Shown here piece by piece: positions 18,673-27,999 of a stretch of 64,000 bases of DNA (position 1 is its first letter; each line of letters begins with the position of its first letter). Source of the DNA: Spirochaetia bacterium (lineage in GTDB: Bacteria > Spirochaetota > Spirochaetia > SZUA-6 > Bin103); NCBI GenBank assembly GCA_965199955.1, contig CBDATQ010000001.1:1728001-1792000 (forward strand), read 5' to 3'. The position numbers and the translations under genes were made by a program. The notes under the pieces are model-generated. The model was not told where the DNA came from, made no database searches, and saw nothing but the letters and a program-made list of their open reading frames with translations.

Positions 18673-18847
18673 GGGAATACTCCTGTGTGATGGAAAGAGA
18701 TGTTGGACGGACTGTCTCCTGGAGGGCACCCTCCGAAACCGATCCGTCCAAAACGGTGTCACACCGCGGCTGCGTGCGCAACCGCAATGACCGCAGCCAG
18801 CCTTGCCGCTGACGCCGCGAATCCGACAGACTCCGCAGCGCAGCCCG

Positions 18848-20332
18848 ATGCCATCGACCCGCTACGAACCGACTTGGCGCAGCCTGCGCGAGCACCCGAC
18901 GCCGCAGTGGTTCCGCGACGCCAAGTTCGGGATCTACACCCACTGGGGAGTCTACTCGGTGCCGGGATTCGGCAGCTCGGGCGCCGCCAGCAACGCCACC
19001 TGGTACCCGCACCGCATGTACGTGGACGGAAGCCCGCACCAGCGGCACCACCTCGCCACCTACGGTCCCTTGGACCGGTTCGGCTACAAGGACTTCATCC
19101 CCTTGTTCACGGCTCCGAAGTTCGACCCCGAAGAGTGGGCGGAGCTGTTCAACGCCGCCGGCGCGCGCTTCGCCGGCCCGGTGGGCGAGCATCACGACGG
19201 CTTCTCGCTGTGGGCGACCGCCCGCACCGAATGGCACGCCGGCCGCCTCGGCCCGAAGCGTGACGTCGTCGCGGCGCTGGAGCGGTCGATCCGCGCGGCC
19301 GGGATGCGCTACCTGGTCGCCCTGCACCACGCCGAGCACTGGTGGTTCTACCCGCACTGGCGGCGGGACTACGACACCGGAGCCCCGGACGCGTCGAGCC
19401 TCTACGGCGAGCGGCACAACCCGGAGTTCGCCGACGGCGTACCGGTGGTCGACTTCGAGCGCTCGCCCGGCGACCTGATGGCACACTGGTGGGTGCAGGA
19501 TCAGCCGAGCGCGGCGTTCTGCGACCAGTGGATGGGCAAGACCCGCGAGGTGATCGACCGCTTCAACCCGGACCTGCTGTGGTTCGACTTCGGCATCAAC
19601 TGGATCCGCGAGCGTTACCTCCTCGACCTGCTGGCCTACTACTACAACCGGGCGGTCGACTGGGGCAGGGAGGTGGCGGTCACCTACAAGCACCACCACC
19701 TGGTGCCGGGCAGCGCCGTGGTCGACCTGGAGCTGGGCCGCTTCGCCGGCCTCACGTACCACGACTGGCTGACCGACACCTCGATCGACGCGCAGGGCAT
19801 GTGGGCCCACGTGGAGGGCGTGCCGTTCAAGACGGCCGCGCAGATCGTCCACAACCTGGTCGACAACGTGGCCAAGAACGGCTACCTGCTGCTCAACGTC
19901 GGCCCGCGCGCGGACGGCAGCATCCCGGAGGAGGCGCAGCAGGTACTGCGCGGCATCGGCCGCTGGCTTGCCATCAACGGCGAGGCGATCTTCGACACCA
20001 CGCCCTGGAAGCTGTTCGGCGAGGGCCCGAACACCGTGACCGGCGGCGACCGCATCAGCGAGAAGCGGAGCTCCATCAGTTACACGGGCGAAGACGTCCG
20101 CTACACCTGCAAGGGGAACGCGCTATACGCCACCTGCCTTGGACGGACCGCCGGCGAGGTGGTCCTGTGCAACGCGGCCGAGTACCTGCATCCCGGCGAG
20201 GTGGCCGCCGTGGCCGCGCTCGGCTCCGACGAGCCGCTGGCGTTCAAGCAGACGCGCCGCGAGCTGCGCATCCGCGCCCCGCGGCAGGCTCCGGCGGACG
20301 AGGCGGTGGCGTTCAGGATCACCCGGCGCTGA
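18848..20332 (+). CDS. Alpha-L-fucosidase (GH29)
   Basis: WFRDAKFGIYTHWGVYSVP, EHHDGF, LLWFD and NGYLLLNVGPRADG motifs. Confidence 0.93.
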   Translation: MPSTRYEPTWRSLREHPTPQWFRDAKFGIYTHWGVYSVPGFGSSGAASNATWYPHRMYVDGSPHQRHHLATYGPLDRFGYKDFIPLFTAPKFDPEEWAELFNAAGARFAGPVGEHHDGFSLWATARTEWHAGRLGPKRDVVAALERSIRAAGMRYLVALHHAEHWWFYPHWRRDYDTGAPDASSLYGERHNPEFADGVPVVDFERSPGDLMAHWWVQDQPSAAFCDQWMGKTREVIDRFNPDLLWFDFGINWIRERYLLDLLAYYYNRAVDWGREVAVTYKHHHLVPGSAVVDLELGRFAGLTYHDWLTDTSIDAQGMWAHVEGVPFKTAAQIVHNLVDNVAKNGYLLLNVGPRADGSIPEEAQQVLRGIGRWLAINGEAIFDTTPWKLFGEGPNTVTGGDRISEKRSSISYTGEDVRYTCKGNALYATCLGRTAGEVVLCNAAEYLHPGEVAAVAALGSDEPLAFKQTRRELRIRAPRQAPADEAVAFRITRR

Positions 20333-20425
20333 CGGCGCCGGAGCCGTGGCATAGTCGCGCCATGGACACCCCCAGTACCGGGAACGCAGGCCGACGCCGC
20401 CTCGGGCTCAGGCCAGAACCCGGTC

Positions 20426-20641
20426 TCATGGGGCTACGGGCAGGCGCCGGTGTCCCTGGAAGAGTTCTACGAGCGGCTGGAAGGCCTGGTGCGGGCCGTG
20501 ACGGCGCACGGCCACATCTGCGGCTGGTGCTACACGCGACTCACCGACGTCGAGCAGGAGCGGAACGGGATCTACTTCCACGACCGCTCGGGGAAGTTCG
20601 ACATGGAGCGCATCAGGCGGATCTTCTCGATCGCGCCGTAG
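20426..20641 (+). pseudogene. C-terminal fragment of a GH2-family glycosidase
   Basis: SWGYG...EEFYER...GWCYTRLTDVEQERNG; upstream part absent. Confidence 0.7.
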
Positions 20642-20645
20642 CCGG

Positions 20646-21407
20646 TCAGTCGGACGAGCGACGCTCCTTCCACGCCTCGTACTCGGCCTGTGCGTCGCCG
20701 GTGAGCGGGTAGTAGCGGCGCAGGTCGCCGCCCTCGCTCAGGCGCTCGCGGCTGAAGTCCTCCCACTCGGCGTGCTCGTTGGCGCGCTCTGCGAGTTCTT
20801 CGGCCATCTGGATCGGCACCACCACCGCGCCGTCGTCGTCGGCGACGATCAGGTCGCCCGGCATCACCAGCGTGTCGCCGCAGGCGATCGGCACGTTGAC
20901 CGCGAACGGGACGATGTCGGTCTGGGTGTGGAAGTTCGGCGTCGTGCCGCGCAGCCACAGGCCGAGGCCGAGCGTGCGCGCCAGCGGGAAGTCCCGGATG
21001 CAGCCGTCGACTACCGCCCCGATGCCGCCGCGGCCCTTGAAGAACGTGAGCATCATCTCCCCGAACACGCCGCTCTGCAGGTCGCCGCGGGCGTCCACGA
21101 CCACCACGTCGCCCGGCTGCGCGTGGTACAGGCAGTGACGGTGGAGTTGCTGCTCCGGATCGTCGTAGGCACCCTTGGCGTACTGGTCTTCGCGCTTGGG
21201 CATGAACTGCAGCGTCAGGGCGGGGCCGAGGACCCGCGCGCCGGGCGTGCGCGGAGTCGGGCCGCGCAGGTAGGGGTCGCGGATGCCCAGCTCGTTGAGG
21301 TCGCCGGCGGCGGTCGCCGCCGAAACGCCGGCGAAACGTTCGATGAGCGCGCGCGGCGGGCGCTCGATGTCCGGCGTGCGGCCGGGGATGCGGGGGTCGG
21401 TGTCCAT
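20646..21407 (-). CDS. RraA/HMG-aldolase family protein
   Basis: GPALTL, GVFGEMM, VVDGCIRD and PGDLIVADDDG motifs. Confidence 0.88.
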   Translation of the reverse strand: MDTDPRIPGRTPDIERPPRALIERFAGVSAATAAGDLNELGIRDPYLRGPTPRTPGARVLGPALTLQFMPKREDQYAKGAYDDPEQQLHRHCLYHAQPGDVVVVDARGDLQSGVFGEMMLTFFKGRGGIGAVVDGCIRDFPLARTLGLGLWLRGTTPNFHTQTDIVPFAVNVPIACGDTLVMPGDLIVADDDGAVVVPIQMAEELAERANEHAEWEDFSRERLSEGGDLRRYYPLTGDAQAEYEAWKERRSSD

Positions 21408-21416
21408 GGCTCGGCC

Positions 21417-22271
21417 TCAATGGTAGCCGCGTTCCAGGGGCCGATCGGTCTCCGGGAACAGCGACGGAAAGTGCCGGTGCGGGTCGGCCGGCTCGCGGAA
21501 CAGGATCTGCTGCTGCTCGGTGAGCTCCGTGGCGGGCGGCGGCGCCACCCGGTTGGCGGTCCAGGCGACGTGCGACACGCAGTACTTGTACAGCAGCGAG
21601 CGGCGCTCGTGGGGGCCGCTCCACGCTGCGGTGCCGTGCGTCAGCGCTTCCGTGAACAGCACCGCGGAGCCTGCCGGCACCTCCGGTACCACCACGAACG
21701 GGCAGTCTTCCGGTGAATCGGCGATCCGCTCCGGCAGCCGGAAGTGGCTCTTGTGGCTGCCGGGGATGCAGCAGAAGCCGCCATGCTCGGGCCCGGCGTC
21801 GGTGAGGTTGAAGGCGACCACCACGAACCCTTCGGCGATCCGGTTCTCCCGGAACGGGAAGTAACTTCCGGGCGAGGCTCCGCCGACCGGAGCGCTGGCG
21901 CCGTAGTCGGCATGCAATACCCCGCGCGACATCCCCGGCCGCATGCAGATGCCGTAGATGCGGTCCAGGCGAAAGCAGTCGCCGAGCCGGAAGCGCAGGA
22001 CCGGCATGATCCGCGGGTGGGTGAGCAGGGCGCAGAACGGGTCGCCCCACTCCAGGAACCCCGACCCCGACGGCGCGGCGCCGAAGCGGACCATGTGGTC
22101 GCCGAGCACTTCGCCCTCGGCCGCCAGCCGCTCGTCTACCATCTGTTTGAGCGCCGCCACCTCGTCCGGGGCGAGCACGTCCCTCACCACGAGATAGCCG
22201 TTGAGGTCGAACAGGTACTCCTGGAGCTGCAGCTCCTCCGAAGACCCCGCGTCGTTACGCCGATCCCGCAT
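21417..22271 (-). CDS. Phytanoyl-CoA dioxygenase (PhyH) family protein
   Basis: FDLNGYLVV, HAD, IPGSHK and distal THG. Confidence 0.88.
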   Translation of the reverse strand: MRDRRNDAGSSEELQLQEYLFDLNGYLVVRDVLAPDEVAALKQMVDERLAAEGEVLGDHMVRFGAAPSGSGFLEWGDPFCALLTHPRIMPVLRFRLGDCFRLDRIYGICMRPGMSRGVLHADYGASAPVGGASPGSYFPFRENRIAEGFVVVAFNLTDAGPEHGGFCCIPGSHKSHFRLPERIADSPEDCPFVVVPEVPAGSAVLFTEALTHGTAAWSGPHERRSLLYKYCVSHVAWTANRVAPPPATELTEQQQILFREPADPHRHFPSLFPETDRPLERGYH

Positions 22272-22289
22272 CGCCGTCCTCCGTGCCTC

Positions 22290-23087
22290 TCAGGTGCCGG
22301 GCACCGGGATGGTGCTCATCATGCCGCCGTCGACGTCGAGCGCCGATCCCGTGATGAACGCCGCCTCGTCGCTGAGGAAGAAGAGGATCGTCTGCACGAT
22401 GTCAGCCTCGGTGGCGTTGCGGCCGAGCGGGATGCCGGCGGCCGTGGCATCGCGGATCTCCTTCGCGGCCGAGCCGGTGGCGTCCATCTTCCACTGCAGG
22501 ACCTGCTGCCCCATGCCGGTGGTGGGCACGCCGACCGGGCAGACGCAGTTCACGGTGACCTTGCCGGGCGCCAGCTCCCCGGCCAGCGCCCTGGTGAGCC
22601 CGAGCACGCCGTGCTTGGCCGCGCAGTAGTGGGGGATCATCGGGAAGCCGACGTGCGAGGCGTCCGAGCCGATGGTGACGATCCGGCCGCGGCCGCTCGC
22701 GGTCAGGTGCGGCGCCGCCGCCTGTGAGCACAGGAACGTGCCCTTCAGGTCGACGTCGATGGTACGGTCCCAGTCCTCCTCGCCGATCTCCGCGAGCGGC
22801 GCCAGGTGGATGATGCCGGCGCAGTTGACCAGGCAGTCGAGGCCGCCGTGGGCGGCCACGTGCGCTTTCACCGCGGCCCGAACGGAGGCTGGCCGGGTGA
22901 CGTCCAGTTCGACCACGTGCAGACCGTCCCGCGGGAGCGCGGCACGCGCCGTGTCGAGCTGCCGGCGGTCGATGTCGGCGATCGTCACCCGCTCGCCGCG
23001 CCCGAGCAGCGCCCGGGCCGTGGCCAGCCCGAAGCCGTTGGCGCCGCCGGTGATCAGCGCGCTGCGCGGCGGCGGGTCGTCCGTCAC
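22290..23087 (-). CDS. SDR family oxidoreductase
   Basis: TGGANGFG, NCAG, YCAAK and VDGG motifs. Confidence 0.92.
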   Translation of the reverse strand: MTDDPPPRSALITGGANGFGLATARALLGRGERVTIADIDRRQLDTARAALPRDGLHVVELDVTRPASVRAAVKAHVAAHGGLDCLVNCAGIIHLAPLAEIGEEDWDRTIDVDLKGTFLCSQAAAPHLTASGRGRIVTIGSDASHVGFPMIPHYCAAKHGVLGLTRALAGELAPGKVTVNCVCPVGVPTTGMGQQVLQWKMDATGSAAKEIRDATAAGIPLGRNATEADIVQTILFFLSDEAAFITGSALDVDGGMMSTIPVPGT

Positions 23088-24526
23088 AGGCCGAGGTCCG
23101 CGAGCAGCTCGCCGAAGCCGGCCACCAGGGTGTCGACCGCGTCCTCGGCGGGCGGCGCCGGCAGGTCGTAGGTGCGTACCGCCGAGGAGACGGACATGCC
23201 GCCCTGGCGCACGGTCTGCGCCGTGGGCACGTAGCCGAGCACGCCGTTGACGTAGCCGGCGAACATGGTGTGCGCAGCCTGCGAGCGTTGCTTGGCGCCC
23301 AGGCCGATTTCCACGAACGGCTCGCCCTGCATGCCGAGCAGCACGAAGTCGTCGATCCGGTGGCCGATCAGGTCGTAGTCCACCGAGCACCGCGTCTCGC
23401 CCGCGCGGACCCGGTCCAGGACGGTGTGCGCCCAATAGACCTCGATCTCCTGCGGAGCGGTGAGCACCGTGGAGGCGCCCTCGTCGCGCAGCGCCTGCAG
23501 CCGCTCTTCGGCGGCCGCGGCCTGTTGCTCGGCTTCCTCCAGGGGCGGCAGCGGCTGCAGCGCCACCGTCCCCTTGCGCTCGGCGCTGCGCAGGATCCGG
23601 TGCGTCGGGCCGTCGAAGAACTCCTTGTGGTAGAGCGCGATGGAGGAGAGCGAGGTGCCTTCCTCGCGGACCTCGCGGTGCGGCCGGGTCTCGATCCCGT
23701 AGTACGCCTGCAGCGCGCCGGCCGCCACCTGGCCGCCGATGCGTTCCTTTTCGCCCCAGTCGCTCTGCAGGAACGACAGGCACGCCTGGTTGCCGGCGGC
23801 GCCGGTCAGGTACAGGCAGGTGGCGCCGGTGGCGCCTTCGACGATGCGCCGCACCGTGCCCGGAAAGTCGGGGCTGAGCTCGTAGGTCTGGTAGCCCATC
23901 ACCACGGGGTGGGCGGCGTAGCCGACGATCGCGGCGATCGGGTTGCCGGCCAGATCGTCCACGCGCAGCACGTCCACGGCATGATCGCTGACGCCGTCGG
24001 GGTTTCGCCCGACCAGCACCCGGCCGTCGGCGGCCACCTCCTCGCGGTTGACCGCCACGGCGGCGTGACCGTGGCCTCCCGCCACCCGGGCCGGCCCGCG
24101 GGCGGCGTTGGCCATGGCGCTGACGCCCACGAGCTGTTGCACCAGCACCTCGATGTAATGGTCCAGCGCCTCGACCTCGCCGTCGCGGGGCGCGACGTGG
24201 TGCGGGCCGCCCAGGCTCCCGCGCCCCGTGCAGGGGCCGTTGTGCGTGTGGGTGCAGCCGAGCGTGACGCCGGTGGTGGTCGTACCCACGCGGTCGGCGA
24301 TCTGCCGGCGGATGGTCTGGGCCAGCGGGAGGTCGAAGCCGATCAGGTCGCAGTCCAGGATGACCACCTTGTGGTCGACGTCGGCCAGCACCAGGGCGGT
24401 CGCCGTCAGCGGCTGCTCCACCCCAACGGCGCCTTCGATGCGGCGCATCGCCCCCTGCATGCGGAAGCCGAGGGGAGGGGTGATGTCGATCCGGGCGGTC
24501 CCGGCGGTCAGGGTGTTGTCGGCCAC
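23084..24526 (-). CDS. Neutral/alkaline ceramidase-like amidase
   Basis: AGTARIDITP, CTHTHNGP, YAAHP, SPDFPG, GAAGNQ and GEPFVEIG motifs; start uncertain. Confidence 0.8.
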   Translation of the reverse strand: MADNTLTAGTARIDITPPLGFRMQGAMRRIEGAVGVEQPLTATALVLADVDHKVVILDCDLIGFDLPLAQTIRRQIADRVGTTTTGVTLGCTHTHNGPCTGRGSLGGPHHVAPRDGEVEALDHYIEVLVQQLVGVSAMANAARGPARVAGGHGHAAVAVNREEVAADGRVLVGRNPDGVSDHAVDVLRVDDLAGNPIAAIVGYAAHPVVMGYQTYELSPDFPGTVRRIVEGATGATCLYLTGAAGNQACLSFLQSDWGEKERIGGQVAAGALQAYYGIETRPHREVREEGTSLSSIALYHKEFFDGPTHRILRSAERKGTVALQPLPPLEEAEQQAAAAEERLQALRDEGASTVLTAPQEIEVYWAHTVLDRVRAGETRCSVDYDLIGHRIDDFVLLGMQGEPFVEIGLGAKQRSQAAHTMFAGYVNGVLGYVPTAQTVRQGGMSVSSAVRTYDLPAPPAEDAVDTLVAGFGELLADLGL

Positions 24527-24618
24527 GAACTGCTCCTGCGGGTGCCGCTGGAGCCCGGTTCGGTCCCGGCACCGCGCGCCGGCCATGCTACCATGCGGCG
24601 AAGGGTGGGCGTTCGGCG

Positions 24619-25635
24619 GTGAGGGTGGTACTGTGCGGTGTCGGCGGGGTGGGACGCAACGTGACCCGCCTGCTGCGGGCACGCCCGGATTGCCGGATCG
24701 TGGCGGCCTGCTCGCGCAACCCCGACCTGGCCGGCCGGGACCTCGGCGAGCTGGCCGGCGGTGCGCCGCTTGGCGTCGCGGTGGCGGGCGACCTCGGCAC
24801 GGCGCTGCGTGAGCCGGCCGACCTGCTGCTGGTGGCCACCACCTCGTTCCTGGGCAAGGTGGCCGCCGACGTGCGCGCGGGGCTCGAGCGCGGCCTGAAT
24901 GTCATCACCACCGCCGAGGAGGCGGCGTTCCCGTGGATCATCGACGACGGGCTCGCCCGGGAGCTTGACGAGCTGGCGCGGGACCGCGGCGTGTCCGTGA
25001 TCGGCGTCGGGCTCAATCCCGGGTTCATCTTCGACGCGCTGCTGCTGACCGCCAGCGGCATCGCCTGGGACGTGCGGGAGATCCGCATCCGCCGCGTGGT
25101 CGACGTGTCGCGCTTCAGCGCAACGGTCCAGCGGCGGCTGGGGATCGGCTTCACCGCCGAGCGCTTCGCGGAAGGGGTCGCCGCCGGCTCCATTACCGGC
25201 CACATCGGCTTTCCGCAGTCATTCCACCTGGCGGCCCGCTGCATGGGAGTCCACATCGACCGGATCGAAAGCGGCTTCGAGCCGCTCGTCGCCGACCGGC
25301 CCCACGACGGCGAGCACCTCCGCGTGGAGCCGGGCACCACCGCCGGCTTCGTGCAGCGCTACCGCGCCATCTGCGACGGCCGGGCGTGGATGTCCGCCGA
25401 GTTCATCGCCCACGTCGAGCCGCCGGCCGCCGGCCACGAGCCGTCCGACTCGATCCGGATCGACGGCTACAACGCGCTCAACCTTTCCATCAATCCCGGC
25501 TGCCAGCCGCAGCTCGGCACCGCCGCCATGATCGCCAACGTGATGCCGCGCCTCGTGGAGGCAGGGCCGGGCTACCTGACCGTGGCCGACCTGGCGCTGC
25601 CGCACGCCCGGCCCACGGCCGGATCCTTCGAGTGA
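24619..25635 (+). CDS. Dihydrodipicolinate reductase-like / 2,4-diaminopentanoate dehydrogenase-like oxidoreductase
   Basis: GVGGVG Rossmann motif, NVITTAEE, GLNPGFIFD and GHIGFPQS. Confidence 0.8.
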   Translation: MRVVLCGVGGVGRNVTRLLRARPDCRIVAACSRNPDLAGRDLGELAGGAPLGVAVAGDLGTALREPADLLLVATTSFLGKVAADVRAGLERGLNVITTAEEAAFPWIIDDGLARELDELARDRGVSVIGVGLNPGFIFDALLLTASGIAWDVREIRIRRVVDVSRFSATVQRRLGIGFTAERFAEGVAAGSITGHIGFPQSFHLAARCMGVHIDRIESGFEPLVADRPHDGEHLRVEPGTTAGFVQRYRAICDGRAWMSAEFIAHVEPPAAGHEPSDSIRIDGYNALNLSINPGCQPQLGTAAMIANVMPRLVEAGPGYLTVADLALPHARPTAGSFE

Positions 25636-25642
25636 GGCACCG

Positions 25643-26524
25643 ATGAAGCTGGCGATCGTGCAGATGCAGAGCGTGATGGGCGAGGTGAGCCGCAACATCG
25701 ACGCCGCGCTCCGCCTGCTCGATCAGGCCGCCGCGTCGGGGGCGGAGGTGGCGCTGCTGCCCGAGTACTGGAGCACCGGCTTCTTCCCGGCCAGCCGCGA
25801 CTACCGCCGCTACGACCTGGCAGCGCCCGACGATGGGCCGGCGATGACGGCGGTCCGCAACAAGGCGGTCGAGCTGGGTCTGCACGTGGTTGCGACCATC
25901 TTCGAGCGTGACGGCAGCGACCTCTGCTACGACACCGCCATGCTGGTCCGGCCGGACGGCCGCATCGCCGGCAAGTACCGCAAGACCCACATCGGCGGCG
26001 AGCGCCACATCGTCGTCGACGGCGAGCTGGCCACCGACCTGGGCATCGAGTCCATCTACTTCCGCACGGGGATGCGCTTCCCGGTGTTCGGCATCGGCGA
26101 GTGGCGGGTCGGCATCATGCTCTGCTACGACACCTACTTCCCGGAGGCGGCGCGCTGCCTGGCGCTTGGCGGGGCCGAGGTCATCCTGGCGCCGTTCGGG
26201 ATCTCCGACACCAAGAAGACGATCTGGAGGGAGCTGCTGGCGACCCGCGCGTTCGAGAACATCGTCTACCTGGCCGCGGCCAACAACACCGGCTACGTGC
26301 CGGCCCCGGACATGCCGATCGTGATGGGCGGCCACAGCATCGCCATCGACCCGTACGGCGATGAGCTGGCGATGGCCAGCTACGACCGCGACGAGGTGCT
26401 GCGTGTCGACCTGGACCGCGACCACCTGCTGCGCGCGCGCCGCATGCACTTCATGTTCCGCGACCGGCGCCCGGAGGCGTACGGGATCATCAGCACACCC
26501 ACCGACGACATCGACCGCGGCTGA
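25643..26524 (+). CDS. Carbon-nitrogen hydrolase (nitrilase superfamily)
   Basis: E-K-C triad: LPEY, YRKTH, LCYD; RAFEN and DRRPEAY. Confidence 0.92.
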   Translation: MKLAIVQMQSVMGEVSRNIDAALRLLDQAAASGAEVALLPEYWSTGFFPASRDYRRYDLAAPDDGPAMTAVRNKAVELGLHVVATIFERDGSDLCYDTAMLVRPDGRIAGKYRKTHIGGERHIVVDGELATDLGIESIYFRTGMRFPVFGIGEWRVGIMLCYDTYFPEAARCLALGGAEVILAPFGISDTKKTIWRELLATRAFENIVYLAAANNTGYVPAPDMPIVMGGHSIAIDPYGDELAMASYDRDEVLRVDLDRDHLLRARRMHFMFRDRRPEAYGIISTPTDDIDRG

Positions 26525-26555
26525 CGCTACGATCGCGTTCTCAGGAGGAAAGACG

Positions 26556-27536
26556 ATGCGGCTGGCAATATCGGGACCGTTGACCGACGAGGTCCTGGCC
26601 TTCGGCGCTCAGATCGGCGCCACCGACTACGTGGGCGATCCACCCGACATCCCGCGCGAGCGGGGCTATTTCGGCTTCCAGGAGCTGATGATCGCCCGCA
26701 ACCGCGTCGAGGACGCGGGCCTGAAGTGGACGGTGGCCGGCATCCCGGAGGAGTGGACGCACCGGATCAAGCTGGGACTTCCGGGACGCGACGCGCAGGT
26801 CACGAGCTGGTGCCGGTCCATCGAGCACCTGGGAGCGGCCGGCGTGCCGGTCCTCCACTACTGCTTCGCGCTGCGCAGCTCCATAGGCCACTACGGCCTG
26901 CGCACCTCGCGCAGCACACCGGGCAGGGGCGGCGCGAAGGTGACCAGCTTCGACCACGATCAGATCAGGTCGGCCACCCAGGACTTCTGGGACCCGCCGG
27001 TCGACCGTTCGCTGGAGGTGACGGACGATCAGATCTGGGACAACCTGACCTGGTTCCTGGAGCGGGTCGTCCCGGTCGCCGAGGACGCTGGCGTCAAGCT
27101 GGCCCTCCATCCGGACGACCCGCCGGTGTCGCCGATCGCCGGCGTGGCGCGGGTGCTGCGCGATCACGCCGCGCTGAAGCGCGTGGTCGACATCGTGCCC
27201 AGCGACGCGAACGGCCTCACCTTCTGCGTAGGGACGATCGGGGCCATGCCCGGGGACGTGCTCGAAGCGATCGAGTACTTCGGCACGCGCGGCAAGATCC
27301 ATCATGTACACTTCAGGAACGTGACCGGCACGGTGCCCGCGTTTTCCGAGACGTTCATCGACGAAGGCTACGTGGACATGGTGAAGGCCATGCGAGCCTG
27401 CCGCGACGCCGGCTTCGACGGGCCCATGGTGGAGGATCACGTGCCGGAGATGGCCGGCGGCCCAGATCAGTGGCCGGCCAAGGCGTTCGCGCTGGGCTAT
27501 ATGAAGGCCGCCATTCAGGCGGCGGGAGCGGACTGA
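26556..27536 (+). CDS. uxuA: Mannonate dehydratase-like protein (second copy)
   Basis: LALHPDDPP, VHFRNV, FIDEG and EDHVP motifs; AGGAGG RBS. Confidence 0.85.
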   Translation: MRLAISGPLTDEVLAFGAQIGATDYVGDPPDIPRERGYFGFQELMIARNRVEDAGLKWTVAGIPEEWTHRIKLGLPGRDAQVTSWCRSIEHLGAAGVPVLHYCFALRSSIGHYGLRTSRSTPGRGGAKVTSFDHDQIRSATQDFWDPPVDRSLEVTDDQIWDNLTWFLERVVPVAEDAGVKLALHPDDPPVSPIAGVARVLRDHAALKRVVDIVPSDANGLTFCVGTIGAMPGDVLEAIEYFGTRGKIHHVHFRNVTGTVPAFSETFIDEGYVDMVKAMRACRDAGFDGPMVEDHVPEMAGGPDQWPAKAFALGYMKAAIQAAGAD

Positions 27537-27678
27537 ACGCGGACGGCTCCGGGCCAGCCGTTCACCTGCGGCCGGCGGCCGCGGACTGGATCACGACGCC
27601 CCAGTCCTGGCGTATCGTTTCATGGCCCCGGGGATGATCGGTTCGGCGGGTCCTGCCTACCGGACCGAGCCGGCGCCG

Positions 27679-27999
27679 TTACGGCGGGCCGGGGAAGAAG
27701 TCGGCGCCCTGCATCATCATGTCCTGCTGCCTGACCACCAAGCCCTTCACGCGGGGGAGATAGTCGTTGATCCAGCGTGGATCGGTGCGCACCTTCTCGC
27801 GCGCTTCCTGGAAGTGGGCGTAGTCCTGGTAGGCCCAGATGTGTACAATGCGGTTGAGCGGGCCGATGTCGGTGTGGTACCAGCCGGCCAGCTTCACGCC
27901 GTGGTCCTCCCGGATCTTCAGGGCTATCTCACGGACCGCCGCCATGTAGGTCGGCACGGCGCCCGGCTGCACGTCGTAGATTCTCATGTCGTAGATCAT
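27679..27999 (-). CDS. NIPSNAP family protein
   Basis: IYDMRIY, GPLNRIVHIWAY and DPRW. Confidence 0.88.
   Translation of the reverse strand: MIYDMRIYDVQPGAVPTYMAAVREIALKIREDHGVKLAGWYHTDIGPLNRIVHIWAYQDYAHFQEAREKVRTDPRWINDYLPRVKGLVVRQQDMMMQGADFFPGPP

Noticed and set aside
22290..24572. 760-aa ORF suggesting a large SDR fusion
   Set aside because: The upstream part is an out-of-frame shadow of the ceramidase-like gene; the SDR starts at GTG 23087
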